From positions 113,101 to 177,100 of the forward strand of contig OZ287701.1 in NCBI GenBank assembly GCA_965649825.1: a stretch of DNA of 64,000 bases, read 5' to 3'. Below the pieces are notes generated by a model that saw nothing but the letters and a program-made list of their open reading frames with translations, did no database searches and was not told where the DNA came from. The position numbers and the translations under genes were made by a program. This DNA is from Penicillus capitatus (lineage: Eukaryota > Plantae > Chlorophyta). Positions 1-10,191 of the stretch are shown one piece after another; positions within the stretch are counted from its first letter, which is position 1, and each line of letters begins with the position of its first letter.

Positions 1-1
1 C

Positions 2-448
2 CTCGGAGTTTCGGTCAACCACCTTACCGACAAGCAAAGCTGGGGATACCAGACGACGGGATTCCTTTATCGCTCGTACAAGCTGGATCGTTGTCGTTAC
101 TGGGAAGTCGCCATCATCGCGAGGAAGGCCGCCATCGCCTTTCTCGTGTTCTGCGCTCATCTCTTCGACAGCGCAGTGCCGATCACTGGCGTCGCGTGTA
201 TCATCACACTCGCCATTGCGGCGCAGATTCTGGTGCTGCCTTACCGACATCTCTTTCAAGATCTCAATAGAATCGAAGTGGCATCCCTGCTCGTGTCGCT
301 GATGACGACGTTGATCGCTTCAATGCTCAAGGACGAGAACTATCCGGAAAACTACACCCGCGACCTGCTCACGGTCGCGTGTCTTTTGCTGAACATCATC
401 ACCTTTTCTGTTTTCGTATTCTACATTCTCAAGTTCACAGCCGAGTAA
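2..448 (+). CDS. 3' end of a multi-pass membrane protein (TRP-like/DUF907-type C-terminal TM region), 5'-truncated by the window edge
   Basis: Frame open from base 2: LGVSVNHLTDKQSWGYQTTGFLYRSYKLDRCRYWEVAIIARKAAIAF... The GFLYxxY..YWE..xxxRK motif followed by several hydrophobic helices is typical of this algal/protist TM family. TAA at 446-448. Confidence 0.7.
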   Translation, partial: LGVSVNHLTDKQSWGYQTTGFLYRSYKLDRCRYWEVAIIARKAAIAFLVFCAHLFDSAVPITGVACIITLAIAAQILVLPYRHLFQDLNRIEVASLLVSLMTTLIASMLKDENYPENYTRDLLTVACLLLNIITFSVFVFYILKFTAE

Positions 449-1165
449 TTGAAGCACAGTCTCAGAGAGAAAGGAGAGCATTGCGCACCAGATGCCGGCG
501 TATTCCTCATTCTGGTGCAGTGGATCGTCTACGAGATCAAACATCAAATTGCCAAGTTGCGGAAGATCCCCGTAGAGTCTGAGATTCCTGAGTACTCGGC
601 CGTCGAGGGCTGAATAGAAGAAATAACTACACAACAAAGCTTTTTTCCTTTCCAAGCTGAGCTCCAAGACCGAGCTCAATGATTGAAGCTGTGACGTGAC
701 TTTCTTGATGTTCTCTGCTATGAAATTGACACACAGGTTTGCACATCCTTTGAAGAGTGCTACTTGTTCTGCGAAACAGTTTTTTAAGTTAACGTGACGA
801 AAATGCTGCCCCTCGCGTCGTCGGTGGAATTGGATGGAGACTTCAATATGACGCAGCCGCATTGCACCGCAAGCGGCATCATGAGGATGAAAGTCCCCAA
901 CAAGATTGAATGCAAGTGTGTGTCTATACTCTCTGTTAAGGCAACGGCGGCAAAGGGCAACTACATACAGCGCTGTCGCATAATCTCTATTTAGGTTAAT
1001 GAAATGCAGCGCTCTATCCACGACTCGCGCAGCTACTATGAACCGTAGGAGCTCTTTGAAGTGTTCTGTGCTTGTTCTTGCTGCCAACGGTGTCTCGCAG
1101 TTGATCAGGAGCGACTTTTGCTCCGTGGACATCGAGGTCGCGATGTCGTCGATTCCGATGAGCAC
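320..1165 (-). CDS. hypothetical protein (281-codon ORF, GTG start, 3' part antisense to the membrane protein gene)
   Basis: About 185 open codons lie outside the overlap, in relatively AT-rich DNA. No recognisable motif and no ATG at the start. Confidence 0.25.
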   Translation of the reverse strand: MLIGIDDIATSMSTEQKSLLINCETPLAARTSTEHFKELLRFIVAARVVDRALHFINLNRDYATALYVVALCRRCLNREYRHTLAFNLVGDFHPHDAACGAMRLRHIEVSIQFHRRREGQHFRHVNLKNCFAEQVALFKGCANLCVNFIAENIKKVTSQLQSLSSVLELSLERKKALLCSYFFYSALDGRVLRNLRLYGDLPQLGNLMFDLVDDPLHQNEEYAGIWCAMLSFLSETVLQLLGCELENVEYENRKGDDVQQKTRDREQVAGVVFRIVLVLEH

Positions 1166-1970
1166 AGCTTACATGCTTGTCGCGAAAGGCTCTAGAAGGC
1201 CATTGTGTACAGAATGGTTTTGAATATGAGAAACCTATGTGACGTCAGACGAGGTAGGTCAGTTCTGAGAGCGTCGTGAACAAACGTTTCTTAACAAACT
1301 ACATTTGTGGTGATCAAACAGATGTGTCAGTCTCCGTGGATGTTGTCCAGTTAAACATTGTCTACCAAGGCGATGATCAGAATCTAGTCGTTGCCCCAGT
1401 CAATTCAGCACTCTTCCCAATTCGTGAACAAATCTTTCTATTCCTCGCTGAAGCAGAGGCGATCTTTGTGATAAAACACTCTCCAAAGAGATCGCGTAAC
1501 AGACTGCGACAATACCTACCAGGCATGATCTGACAACGCTCCGAAGACGAACTGAACGCATAGAGCGAGCGCGAAGTCTGTTGATGCCGTGTTTGATACG
1601 AGAGTTAGAATTTTAGTCCACAACGATGCTGAGCATTACACAGTTCGACAGCATGATTGCAATGGAAATGTTCCAGATTGTTTCATGGCCGAGTGAACAA
1701 GAGAGACGAAATACGGTTCATGGAATCGCCCATATGTTCGTCCCGTGTCCACGCACAAAATGGCGATCATCAAACCTTGCAATGCAGTAGACCATCGTGC
1801 GACTGAACGAGCAAAACCCCTTTGGTTTCAAAAATTCATGACCGAGTGAACAGGCAAACGCAACGATCCAGGAAAACGCCGATGCGTGGCTACCGTGTCC
1901 ACAAACGAAAAAACAACAACCTCCGTGTTTGCAAATTGGTAACCCCCCGAAACAGAATTCAATTTTGAAT

Positions 1971-2618
1971 TCAGGTCGCCCAGAACGCACCCCGAAGTGC
2001 ATTACAGGTGCATTCACCTCCACTGTCATGCGTCAGAGATCTGCTGTTCCAGACTTGAGCATGGGCATAGAGAGGTTTTCCATGAAACGGAGATGGAAGT
2101 TTGAAGTCGACAGGCGCCTTGCCCGCTGGTCTGTACCAAATGGTATCGGTCAAATAGTCGATCTTGATAGCGATAGAATTCTTTGGACTAGAAGGATCAT
2201 CCACCAGCCTGTCGGTATATTTTCTGTTCCAGCCATACTTGTCCTTTATCTCGTCCCTTCCGTAGAATGCAGTCCAAGTATCGCTGTAGAAACCGACGCT
2301 CTTATCGTTAAAGCGGATACCACCGCCGTCAGCGCCACCAACGAAACTTGCGCCGATACCGCAGTGGACACAGTACGATACTTGAAACCATACGTCGTTT
2401 TCCAGCAAGTAACAGCTCTTGACGCTGTTGATATCATTATATCTGCCATCCGCTTTCAACGAGGTGGCAGTGCACGAATCGGCGACTGGGCTACCATAGT
2501 TCGACGTGTAGCTGTCGCAGTTGAAAGGAGTCGGGCAGCACTTCGCCGTCGAACTTGGCACGGTCGCCAACAGCAGAAAAAGTGCAGACAACAACGAGAT
2601 CTTCAAAGTTTTCTTCAT
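1971..2618 (-). CDS. secreted Cys-rich protein with SPRY/B30.2-like (ConA-like beta-sandwich) domain, paralogue A, 215 aa, intronless
   Basis: ATG at 2618. Signal peptide MKKTLKISLLSALFLLLATVPSSTA/KCC. SPRY-like strand motifs WFQV, CGIG, SVGFY, IAIKIDY..TIWYR, LYAHAQVW. TATAAAAG about 97 nt upstream. Frame is conserved in copy B despite about 50% aa divergence in the core. The fold assignment is inferred. Confidence 0.8.
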   Translation of the reverse strand: MKKTLKISLLSALFLLLATVPSSTAKCCPTPFNCDSYTSNYGSPVADSCTATSLKADGRYNDINSVKSCYLLENDVWFQVSYCVHCGIGASFVGGADGGGIRFNDKSVGFYSDTWTAFYGRDEIKDKYGWNRKYTDRLVDDPSSPKNSIAIKIDYLTDTIWYRPAGKAPVDFKLPSPFHGKPLYAHAQVWNSRSLTHDSGGECTCNALRGAFWAT

Positions 2619-2707
2619 TGTAAGCGAGACTCTTTGTCTGATTTGCTCGGCAGCACCAAAGACAAACGACGTAAACGAGGAAAAGCGTTGTGGCTGTAAC
2701 GCACGCG

Positions 2708-2715
2708 CTTTTATA
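2708..2715 (-). promoter_or_regulatory. TATA box of SPRY-like gene A
   Basis: TATAAAAG on the minus strand, 97 nt upstream of the ATG; identical in copy B (23186-23193). Confidence 0.6.
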
Positions 2716-2801
2716 TGCCACAGACAGGCAGCTGATCCGAATGGAACGTACAAACTCACAGCACGCAGCCACATATTTGCGAGGTAAGGGTTACTAAGAG
2801 A

Positions 2802-2921
2802 TGACGTAAACCAACTTTTTGCCAGAGAACGTGAAGCGAACATGAAACGACATACGTGTCCGTCGGCGCAAACAACGTTTTGCCAGAGAACCGGAAACGA
2901 ACAGGAAACAACATACGTGTC
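2802..2921. repeat. 61-bp imperfect tandem repeat (x2) upstream of SPRY-like gene A
   Basis: Two copies of GACACGTATGTYGTTTCMTGTTCGYTTC..GTTCTCTGGCAAAA (minus-strand reading), period 61; same in copy B at 22980-23099. Confidence 0.85.
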
Positions 2922-4874
2922 TGCCATGAAAAGAGGATGTCGTCTAGAGAAAGGAAGGAGGCGCGGCCGATATCCCATTCACGAGTTTGGTCGCGACAGT
3001 CAATTCTAACCATCTGCGAGGTCGAGGGAAGTCGAACTGCCCGATCCGAACCACGACTGCTTTCGAAACGCCCTCCCGTCGCGTCATGGAGAAAGCGATC
3101 TTGTGTCGACCGAGACACAAAACAAGCGTGCACAAGGTGAGCGACAAAGGGAGAACCTCTGTCGTCATCCGGAGTCCAACGTTTGTGTTTTTCTGAGCAA
3201 AGTAGGAGATCATGTCTTCTGACTTTTCTGATAGGGAGGCCGACAAAACTTCTGAGAAGGGCTTTTTTTCGAAGAAGATCTCTTTGTCAGATAGATGTCT
3301 ATCATTTTACGCAGCTTGTCGTGCAAGTTGTGTACGGCGTTAACTAGACGTGTGTACTACTTCTGTAGTCGATACCGAAAACAATGGAACGTACATCCCA
3401 TTACAGGTGTTTCCTGTTCTTTCTTTTTCCGAGCATCGACGACAATAGCATCGCAGCACTGTCAATCTGAACCGGTCGGTATTTCTGCTACTGTAAGGAA
3501 AGCCTCTGGAGCGCACTTTCATTTGATGCCTTGCATTGATTTCAGTCTCTTGCGATTTGACTTCGAACAACACTTCATGTTTACCAAGCTCATCCTGGAT
3601 GTTGTGAGGAGTAGTGGATTGGAGTAAAGGTGAAGGTAAACAAAACAGAAAAAAGATTAGAAGACCTTCAGTCGGTGAGCTAAAGAGCAGTGACCGTAAG
3701 AAACGATAGGTCAACAAGTCTGAAAGCCCTGACAGAGAGACGTGTTTCTTGCAGAGCGCCTTTCGTGTATCCAGCATTGCCGTAGGACTGGATTCCTCTA
3801 AGAATGCCCTCCATCGGAGAACAACGAACTGGCCATTGTCAAGTCATGTAATCGGATGCACTGGAGGAATTGCTCGTGTCTGTGATTTGCAAGAAACTCT
3901 CTATAGCTGTCACATCAAAAGCACTCTCATGTTTTAAGGCACCGGACTCCTGGCGCTAACGACGCCTTCAGATCAGATTTCTCTCCACACGGGCACTTGA
4001 TTCTGCTCCAAGATATCATTCGATAGAGGACATTGCTATCTCGGTCGTTCTTGCACCCCGTTAGACGATGGCATGAAATAGATGACATTAAGATAGCGCC
4101 GATGTCATTTTCTTCATCGCTTGAGCGTCTCTTTATCTTGTCTGCGCTTCGAATTCATTCATAACTTGGACTGTGCGTGCGAGAATCAAAGAGCACGTTC
4201 TGTGGCTATCACATCGCAGGCATTGTATCTGCAATGACGTCTTGTAAACGGCATGCTTGCGTCCTCCCTTTAGAAGTACTGTTACGGGGTTTTTCGATTG
4301 ACGTGACCTTGATTGGGTGACGAACACTACCACTCCACTTCCCTTTCTGTTAGGAATCTTGTAGACAACTTGTTATAAATAGACTCATAGCGTATGCGAA
4401 CGACGACGATAGAACATGCTCGGATGTGAACTTTGAGGACATGAGACATTTATAGTGTAAATGTCGCGTTAAAGTACTCAGGGAGGTTAAAGAATCCTAA
4501 CCATTGCCTCTAACAGTTGGGAATTGCATCGCGAGTTTGCATGCAACCGCTCTATTGTTATTCTGGAGGTTACAAGAAGGGTATCCATCCGTCACTTTCC
4601 GTGGCTCAGAGGCACTTCGGTTGTTATCGCGTGCAAAAGAATCGGGGTGGTTGTCCGCTTACGATTGGTAAAGCAACATCCTCACTTTCTTATCGACGTT
4701 TGCTCTGGAGCGAAAACATATACGGAAGTGCCTGTTTGCGTTTTGCATTTTAGCGCATAAGCACATACGACTCTATTTCAATCGCCTTCTACCTTATCTT
4801 CAAGTTTCGCGCAACTTGTCTGCAACGGCCGCCATTCGTCTTCGCGCACAGCTCGACAGCATCGCTAACGCACA

Positions 4875-7628
4875 ATGGATGGTCGATTCGAATACTCCCA
4901 AATCGTCACGTCCGAGAAAAATAGCGGTTCCGTTGAGGTCAATCGCACCAAACTCAAGAACTTTATGGCTAAATGACGCATCTGACCAGTTTCGGCTGAA
5001 GAATGCTCAGCTATGGAGGCACGAAGATCTCTTCCAGAGCGAAATCTTCGTTATGGGAAGGCTCAAGTGGTAAACCACATCAGGCTTTCTTTCTCTGGAT
5101 GAATGCATGTTCAACAGGAGAGTGGTTTTCTGTCGAACCTTTCCTATGGAAGTCAGCCGCGAGAAATTTCTCGTCCAGCTTCTCTACTGCAATGCGAGTG
5201 TGAACGTCGACCTGTCGGCCGAGTCCGGACCGGATAGCGAGTCGCGCAGGGAACTCGTCAGCAATGTTATTTACATAACTTAGACGATACAGCAGAACAG
5301 TTCTGTTTAAATACCCCGGTCATTGGTCTGTCACGTCGTTACGTAAGCCTCTTCTCAGGCCTCTCGTCATGCGTTCTCCAGTGATATTCTGCTGGCGTGG
5401 CGCCACAAGGACGGTTGGCGCAATAGCAGCGTCCTCTCGCCAGAAGACCCGAGGCAACAGCGGGCACCTTCACATGGGCGCACCCGCATTCCTGCTGACG
5501 CAAACTCCGAGGTACTCTCGCTTCACCGTTCTGCTGCTTCCCCTTGCAGCTCTGACACTGACAGGGTGAGCGGCGGCGGACAGCACAGGAGAAAACGCAG
5601 CGGAAGTCTTTGTCTCTCGCTGTCCCGAAGCACGGTCTTCAGTCTTCACGCACGGTCTTCAGTCTTCACGTCTCCCGAGGCGGTCAGCGAGTCCGACCTG
5701 CCCCCGACGCGGGGCAGCGCTCAGCGCCAGTCCCTCGGTTACGCACCACTCTGGGTCTCCGCTCAGACCCTGCGCTCGAACCCGCTCAAGCGCAGCGGAA
5801 GTCTTGAAATGCGGGCAGCGCGGCAGCGGACCCTTGGTGGACGGCGCAGAGGATGAAAACGAAAACGGCGCAGTGAGTCGGTGAAAGCCGCACTCACGTA
5901 GGCTCGCTCCGAAACCATGTGAACGTCGACCTGTCGGCCGAGTCCGGACCGGATAGCGAGTCGCGCAGGGAACTCGTCAGCAATGTTATTTACATAACTT
6001 AGACGATACAGCAGAACAGTTCTGTTTAAATACCCCGGTCATTGGTCTGTCACGTCGTTACGTAAGCCTCTTCTCAGGCCTCTCGTCATGCGTTCTCCAG
6101 TGATATTCTGCTGGCGTGGCGCCACAAGGACGGTTGGCGCAATAGCAGCGTCCTCTCGCCAGAAGACCCGAGGCAACAGCGGGCACCTTCACAGCGAGGA
6201 CAATCGCCTTCGATCTCTCCATCTCATTCCACAATCAGTTGAGTCCCAACCAAACCTTCGTGCAACAAAGTGCGATTCCTGATGCTGCAGCCGTTTTTTG
6301 ATCTCCGGGGTTCTGCATTTTAGAAAAATTCAGGCAGATCTTTCCTTTCTGCTCTCTATTTTTCAACATTGATGATTACCCAGACTACGACACCATCTTC
6401 AATCCCATAGCAGGCTTCGTAGTCGACAACACCCTTGTCCTGACCATCCTGCTGTCCAACATCAAGAGTGTCGTTGCAAGAGCAAGATCTCCTACCATCG
6501 GGGACGACATGGGGCTCATCTCTGTGGAGATTCTCTCAGAAGACAGCATAAGTGAGAATATGAGAGAGGGATGTCCGTTTGGTATCGCTTCTGTCAAGAG
6601 AAGGCGACATCATATTGCCAAACGCAAATCGGTTATCAGTACCCTCAAGGTGCTGTCAAATCTATCAGACCTCAAATCACTCTCTGTTCTTGGTGTCTCC
6701 AGATGCCAAACAGCCGTCTGTGGCTCTGTGAACGTACGGCACGAGGTGCTATCCCGCTGCAGACCTTGAACAAGATGCCAGTAAATACAAGATTTGGTGA
6801 CCTTCGGACAGACATGTTCAGAGAGCAACCGTGGCTGACCTTGTTTCGAGAACGTTGGCCTCCCGACGAATACTTTCCCTGCATTTCAGACAACGATGTC
6901 ACTGTTTTCTGCAAGCTTTATGATCCGGAAGCGAACGTGTTGACGTATGAGGGATCTCTGCAGATTTCCAGATCAGAGAGATGTCTGGGTTTCATCAACA
7001 GACTCGCAAATCTGGCAGAGGTCCCCGTCGGCATTGGATTCGATGTCTACATCGAAGAAGGCGATCTCAGTGTGAGACATATCTCGAATCTCTACGTTTC
7101 GATCCTCTTTGTGAGCAATGCACACGGGACATCTCACCCATCTCGCTGCTCACTGTCTGCAGACGGGTGTTGTTTCTGGATCGGTGGTTGTCGTGCGTCC
7201 GAGGCTTGACGGACAGGAAGTCTCTGAAGATACTGTCCGAGCTGAACTGATGGCCAAATACGCAGAAGGACTCGAGGTCTCTGAAGAAGAGGAGGAACAG
7301 GAAATGGCGAGAGATCCACGGACTCGAGAATCGCAGGTAAAGATCATTGACCCGCGACGGCTTCAATCACCTCTGTCTTCTGCACGGCAAGGTTGTAGAG
7401 GATGACATGTGTGTTCTGTGCATGGACGCCCCACGGACTTCTGGCTTTCTGCACGGCACAACGTACCATCCCGCCTTTTGCATGTTATCTCCCCGTGCTA
7501 CTGTTCTTGTGTTCAGTTCCCATCGTTGCGTCTGTGAACCCTGTGCTCTGAAGATCTCACAGCAGGCGCAGCCACGATGTCCCATCTGTCGTGCCGCCAT
7601 TCAGCACACCATCTTCAAGATGTTCTAA
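4875..7628 (+). CDS. MATH/TRAF + USP7-like UBL + C-terminal MDM2-type (C2H2C4) RING protein, copy 1; exon 3 interrupted by a TRIM
   Basis: 8-exon model MDGRFEYSQIV...FRLKN..EIFVMGRLKW (MATH), FCKLYDPEANVLTYEG (USP7/UBP12 UBL-type), CVLCMDAPRTSGFLHGTTSHRCVCEPC..CPICR..FKMF. Intron positions are shared with 61895-63647. No lesion other than the insertion. Confidence 0.8.
5199..5474. repeat. LTR of TRIM (left)
   Basis: No difference from the right LTR found by eye; TG...CA ends. Confidence 0.95.
5906..5917 (-). other. primer binding site (tRNA-iMet-like) of TRIM
   Basis: TGGTTTCGGAGC directly abuts the LTR and differs at two positions from the plant/algal iMet PBS TGGTATCAGAGC (one would be a G:U pair). 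Confidence 0.6.
5918..6193. repeat. LTR of TRIM (right)
   Basis: No difference from the left LTR found by eye; TG...CA ends. Confidence 0.95.
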
Positions 7629-8038
7629 AAACTCTGATTTGAATGCATTATTTACTCTTACGAACGACGATCGCAATGTGTGTTTTGTGTGTGTCTTCAC
7701 ACAGACAAACCTCTTATTTGCCTTTCCACGAATCGTATCCAAACATCTGCCGAGACGGCTGCAAGAATTTCATGACCGACATTCATACACGAGCAGCCTG
7801 TCACTGCATTTCTTTCGTCTTCCATTTCGCTGTCCTTAGACGTACATCTGTTTTCATCGAGGCGAGGGATTATCGCATGGGTGATTGGTTAGAGGGACGT
7901 CATTTAATCACTTTCCGATAAGTGGCGCGATCGGTTATCGCGACATTAACGCATTGCGCTGTTTCAACATCAAACGCCGAGCAGGATTGCCTTTCCATTG
8001 CTTCACATACGAATGATCTTCGTCGACAGTTTCACAGA

Positions 8039-9778
8039 ATGAGTAGCAGCAAACTGGAATACTCTGAAAGAGTGCTGTCGACTCCAGCCGGAGGGTCCAT
8101 TCAGGTATGTTAGGCGCGAGCATCTTCAGTGAGTCTGCTCTTCTCTGTACAGTTGCGTATCAGAGATTTCGGCAACCTGCGACATGGAGACATGTTCATG
8201 ACGGAGCCGTTCGAACTGGATGGCATCCAATGGTGACTTTTGTGTCCTTCTCTTCTCTGCCACCGTGGACATGTGTCTACAGGAAACTCATTCTGTTTCG
8301 TTTGTCAGAGCTGTCAACGGAATCGGACGCAGCGATCGAGCATCTCATGGCGCATGTGGTTCTGTGCAGCGATGTTTCTCTTCACTACAAGTACTGGATT
8401 TCGTTCCAGAATCACCTCGATCCATCCAGAAGTCACGTGGAAGCAGGTTCGATTGCGCCATTTGTCCAGAAACGAATTTCGCGTTCTCCTTCAGCCGAGT
8501 GGGACAGTCAATGTGTCCATGCCATGCAGTTGACGGCCGCGCATCGTGTCCAGTGTCGCATGCCATACGAAACGATTGTACATCCAGGATCCGGATTTCT
8601 CTCGGATGGAACACTGAAGGTTTCTGCAGAGATTAAACACATGGACAAGTTTATGCATCTACTGCAACCTACCAGAGATCCAGCATTCTGCAGCATTGAG
8701 TTTATCACGTCGACAACAATCCGTGACGGAATGAATGACCACATACATTTTGGAGTAGCTTCGAGTAAAAGACGAAGAAGAATGTTTATCACACATTCCG
8801 ACGCCACGATACAGTCTCTTCTGGATGTCTGTCCATCTCAAATGTCATGATGTGACGTCTGTGCCATTTTCAGGTGGCTGAATACCGTGCCTGGCTCTGT
8901 GATTGGTCTCCAAATGGCACGGTCTCCATTCGATCGTGCCTCAATCAGCTGTCAGAGACCATCACTTTTCGGGAGATTGCCAAAAATCATGATGCAGAGC
9001 ATCAATGGCTGCTGATCTTTATGGAATGTGACCTCAATGAAGCACGTCCGCTGACGAACGACCCGCCCTCTGTCATTTTCTGCAAGCTGTACGACCCAGA
9101 AGCGGCAACTTTGACGTACATCGGGCATATCTTGGTGCATCGAGGCCGTTGGTGTTTTGACCTTTTCTCTGACATCGCCGATCTCGCCGCCCTTCCTCCT
9201 GGACGGAAATTCAATCTCTACCTCGAGGTCCACGAACAGAACCGGAACGTCAAAGAGATCACAAATCTCTTCGAGTCTATCGGCAGCGTAGGTGATCCGT
9301 CTGCCAACGCACCGCAGCTAAGATCTCTGTAGAATGGTCTGGTCTCCGGTTCGGTCATCGTAATCCGACCCAGAAAGATCGAAGAGGAAGACGTATCCGA
9401 AGAAACGGTACAGAACGAGCTCTGCTTGATCTATGCAGACGAACTGGGTCTCGCCAGTGATGAAGAGGACAGAGATGACGTCGGGGAATCGCCAGCCGAG
9501 GTCTGCTCAATCCTGTCAGCTGTGATCTCGTGTTACAGTGTCGTGTCGAGGATGAGAGCATGTGTGTTGTCTGTTCGAGTCGTCCCAGGACAGCTGGCTT
9601 CGTTCACGGAACATCGTAGGCTCCGTCAAGCTCTCTGCAATAGATTTTCGGTCTGTTTTCTTTCAGGCTGCATCGTTGTGTGTGCGAGGACTGTGCAAAG
9701 GAGATCGAGCAGATGCCGGAGCCCAAATGCCCCGTCTGCGATGCAGCAATTGACCACATTATATTCAAGACGTATTGA
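8039..9778 (+). CDS. MATH/TRAF + USP7-like UBL + MDM2-type RING protein, copy 2 (divergent tandem paralogue)
   Basis: 7-exon model MSSSKLEYSERVL...EPFELDGIQW|KLILF, GFLSDGTLKVSAEI (MATH end), IFCKLYDPEAATLTYIGHI, CVVCSSRPRTAGFVHGTSLHRCVCEDC..CPVC..IFKTY*. Confidence 0.85.
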
Positions 9779-10191
9779 ACAGAGAATGAATGCCTTGTAC
9801 TCAGATATGGATACCTGATCCGATACAAATTGCACGGCGATGCGTCCACAGCTTCCAACCTATCTCTCGGACAGGTGTCCCTCCCTGGCCAGACAAAACA
9901 CATCCGACGATGCGACACGCTGCCGTTACCAGTAAACACATGCAGGAGAGGTGGGATTCTTCTTCTTGGACGCCTACCCTCGAATCTCTATGCAGAAAGG
10001 GCAACAGTAAACCAGCCTCCCACAGCGGTCTGCCAGATGCCGAGCGTTGCCTGCTTGTGACTTGGATGAAGGACTTCCTTGAGTCTTGTCTTATTTCTTC
10101 ACATGCTAAAAGCGTGTCTCTGTTTCCTGTTTTTTTGTAGGACTCGTCCATGGCGCGTTATGTTTGAGATCCTCCTCGATTCTCATAAAAA

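Larger units (their letters stand above)
1175..4097 (-). repeat. 2.9-kb inverted duplication, copy A (reverse complement of 21813-24732)
   Basis: Manual alignment: outer end GCTTGTC(G)CGAAAGGCTCTAGA matches the reverse complement of 24710-24732; inner end GATGACATTAAGATAGC (4081-4097) matches 21813-21829. ORFs are shared along the length (2756..3133 vs 22768..23145; 1971..2978 vs 22923..23933). Confidence 0.95.
5199..6193 (-). mobile_element. non-autonomous miniature LTR retrotransposon (TRIM), 995 bp
   Basis: Two 276-bp direct repeats (5199-5474, 5918-6193) with TGTGAA...TTCACA termini, a 5-bp TSD GCGAG (5194-5198, 6194-6198) and a 443-bp non-coding interior. The paralogue at ~62205 has the empty site. 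Minus orientation is inferred from the iMet-like PBS. Confidence 0.93.

Noticed and set aside
446-448. Non-canonical ulvophyte code (TAA/TAG = Gln), suggested by the readable sequence after this TAA
   Set aside because: The 1080- and 1120-codon ORFs contain many Gln codons but no in-frame TAA/TAG, and well-conserved genes (LPD, BCAT, GlyRS, FUN14) end at TAA/TAG where expected.
1276-1533. Small ORFs in the repeat arms that are partly conserved between copies (also 3340..3777 vs 22131..22421)
   Set aside because: The counterpart copy has a stop or an earlier truncation, and substitutions show no clear synonymous bias; conservation is explained by the recent duplication.
5475-5560. Copia pol C-terminal relic (KREYLGV) in the TRIM interior, minus strand
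   Set aside because: Only a 7-residue resemblance, with no RNase H ADxxTK motif nearby; too weak to support.
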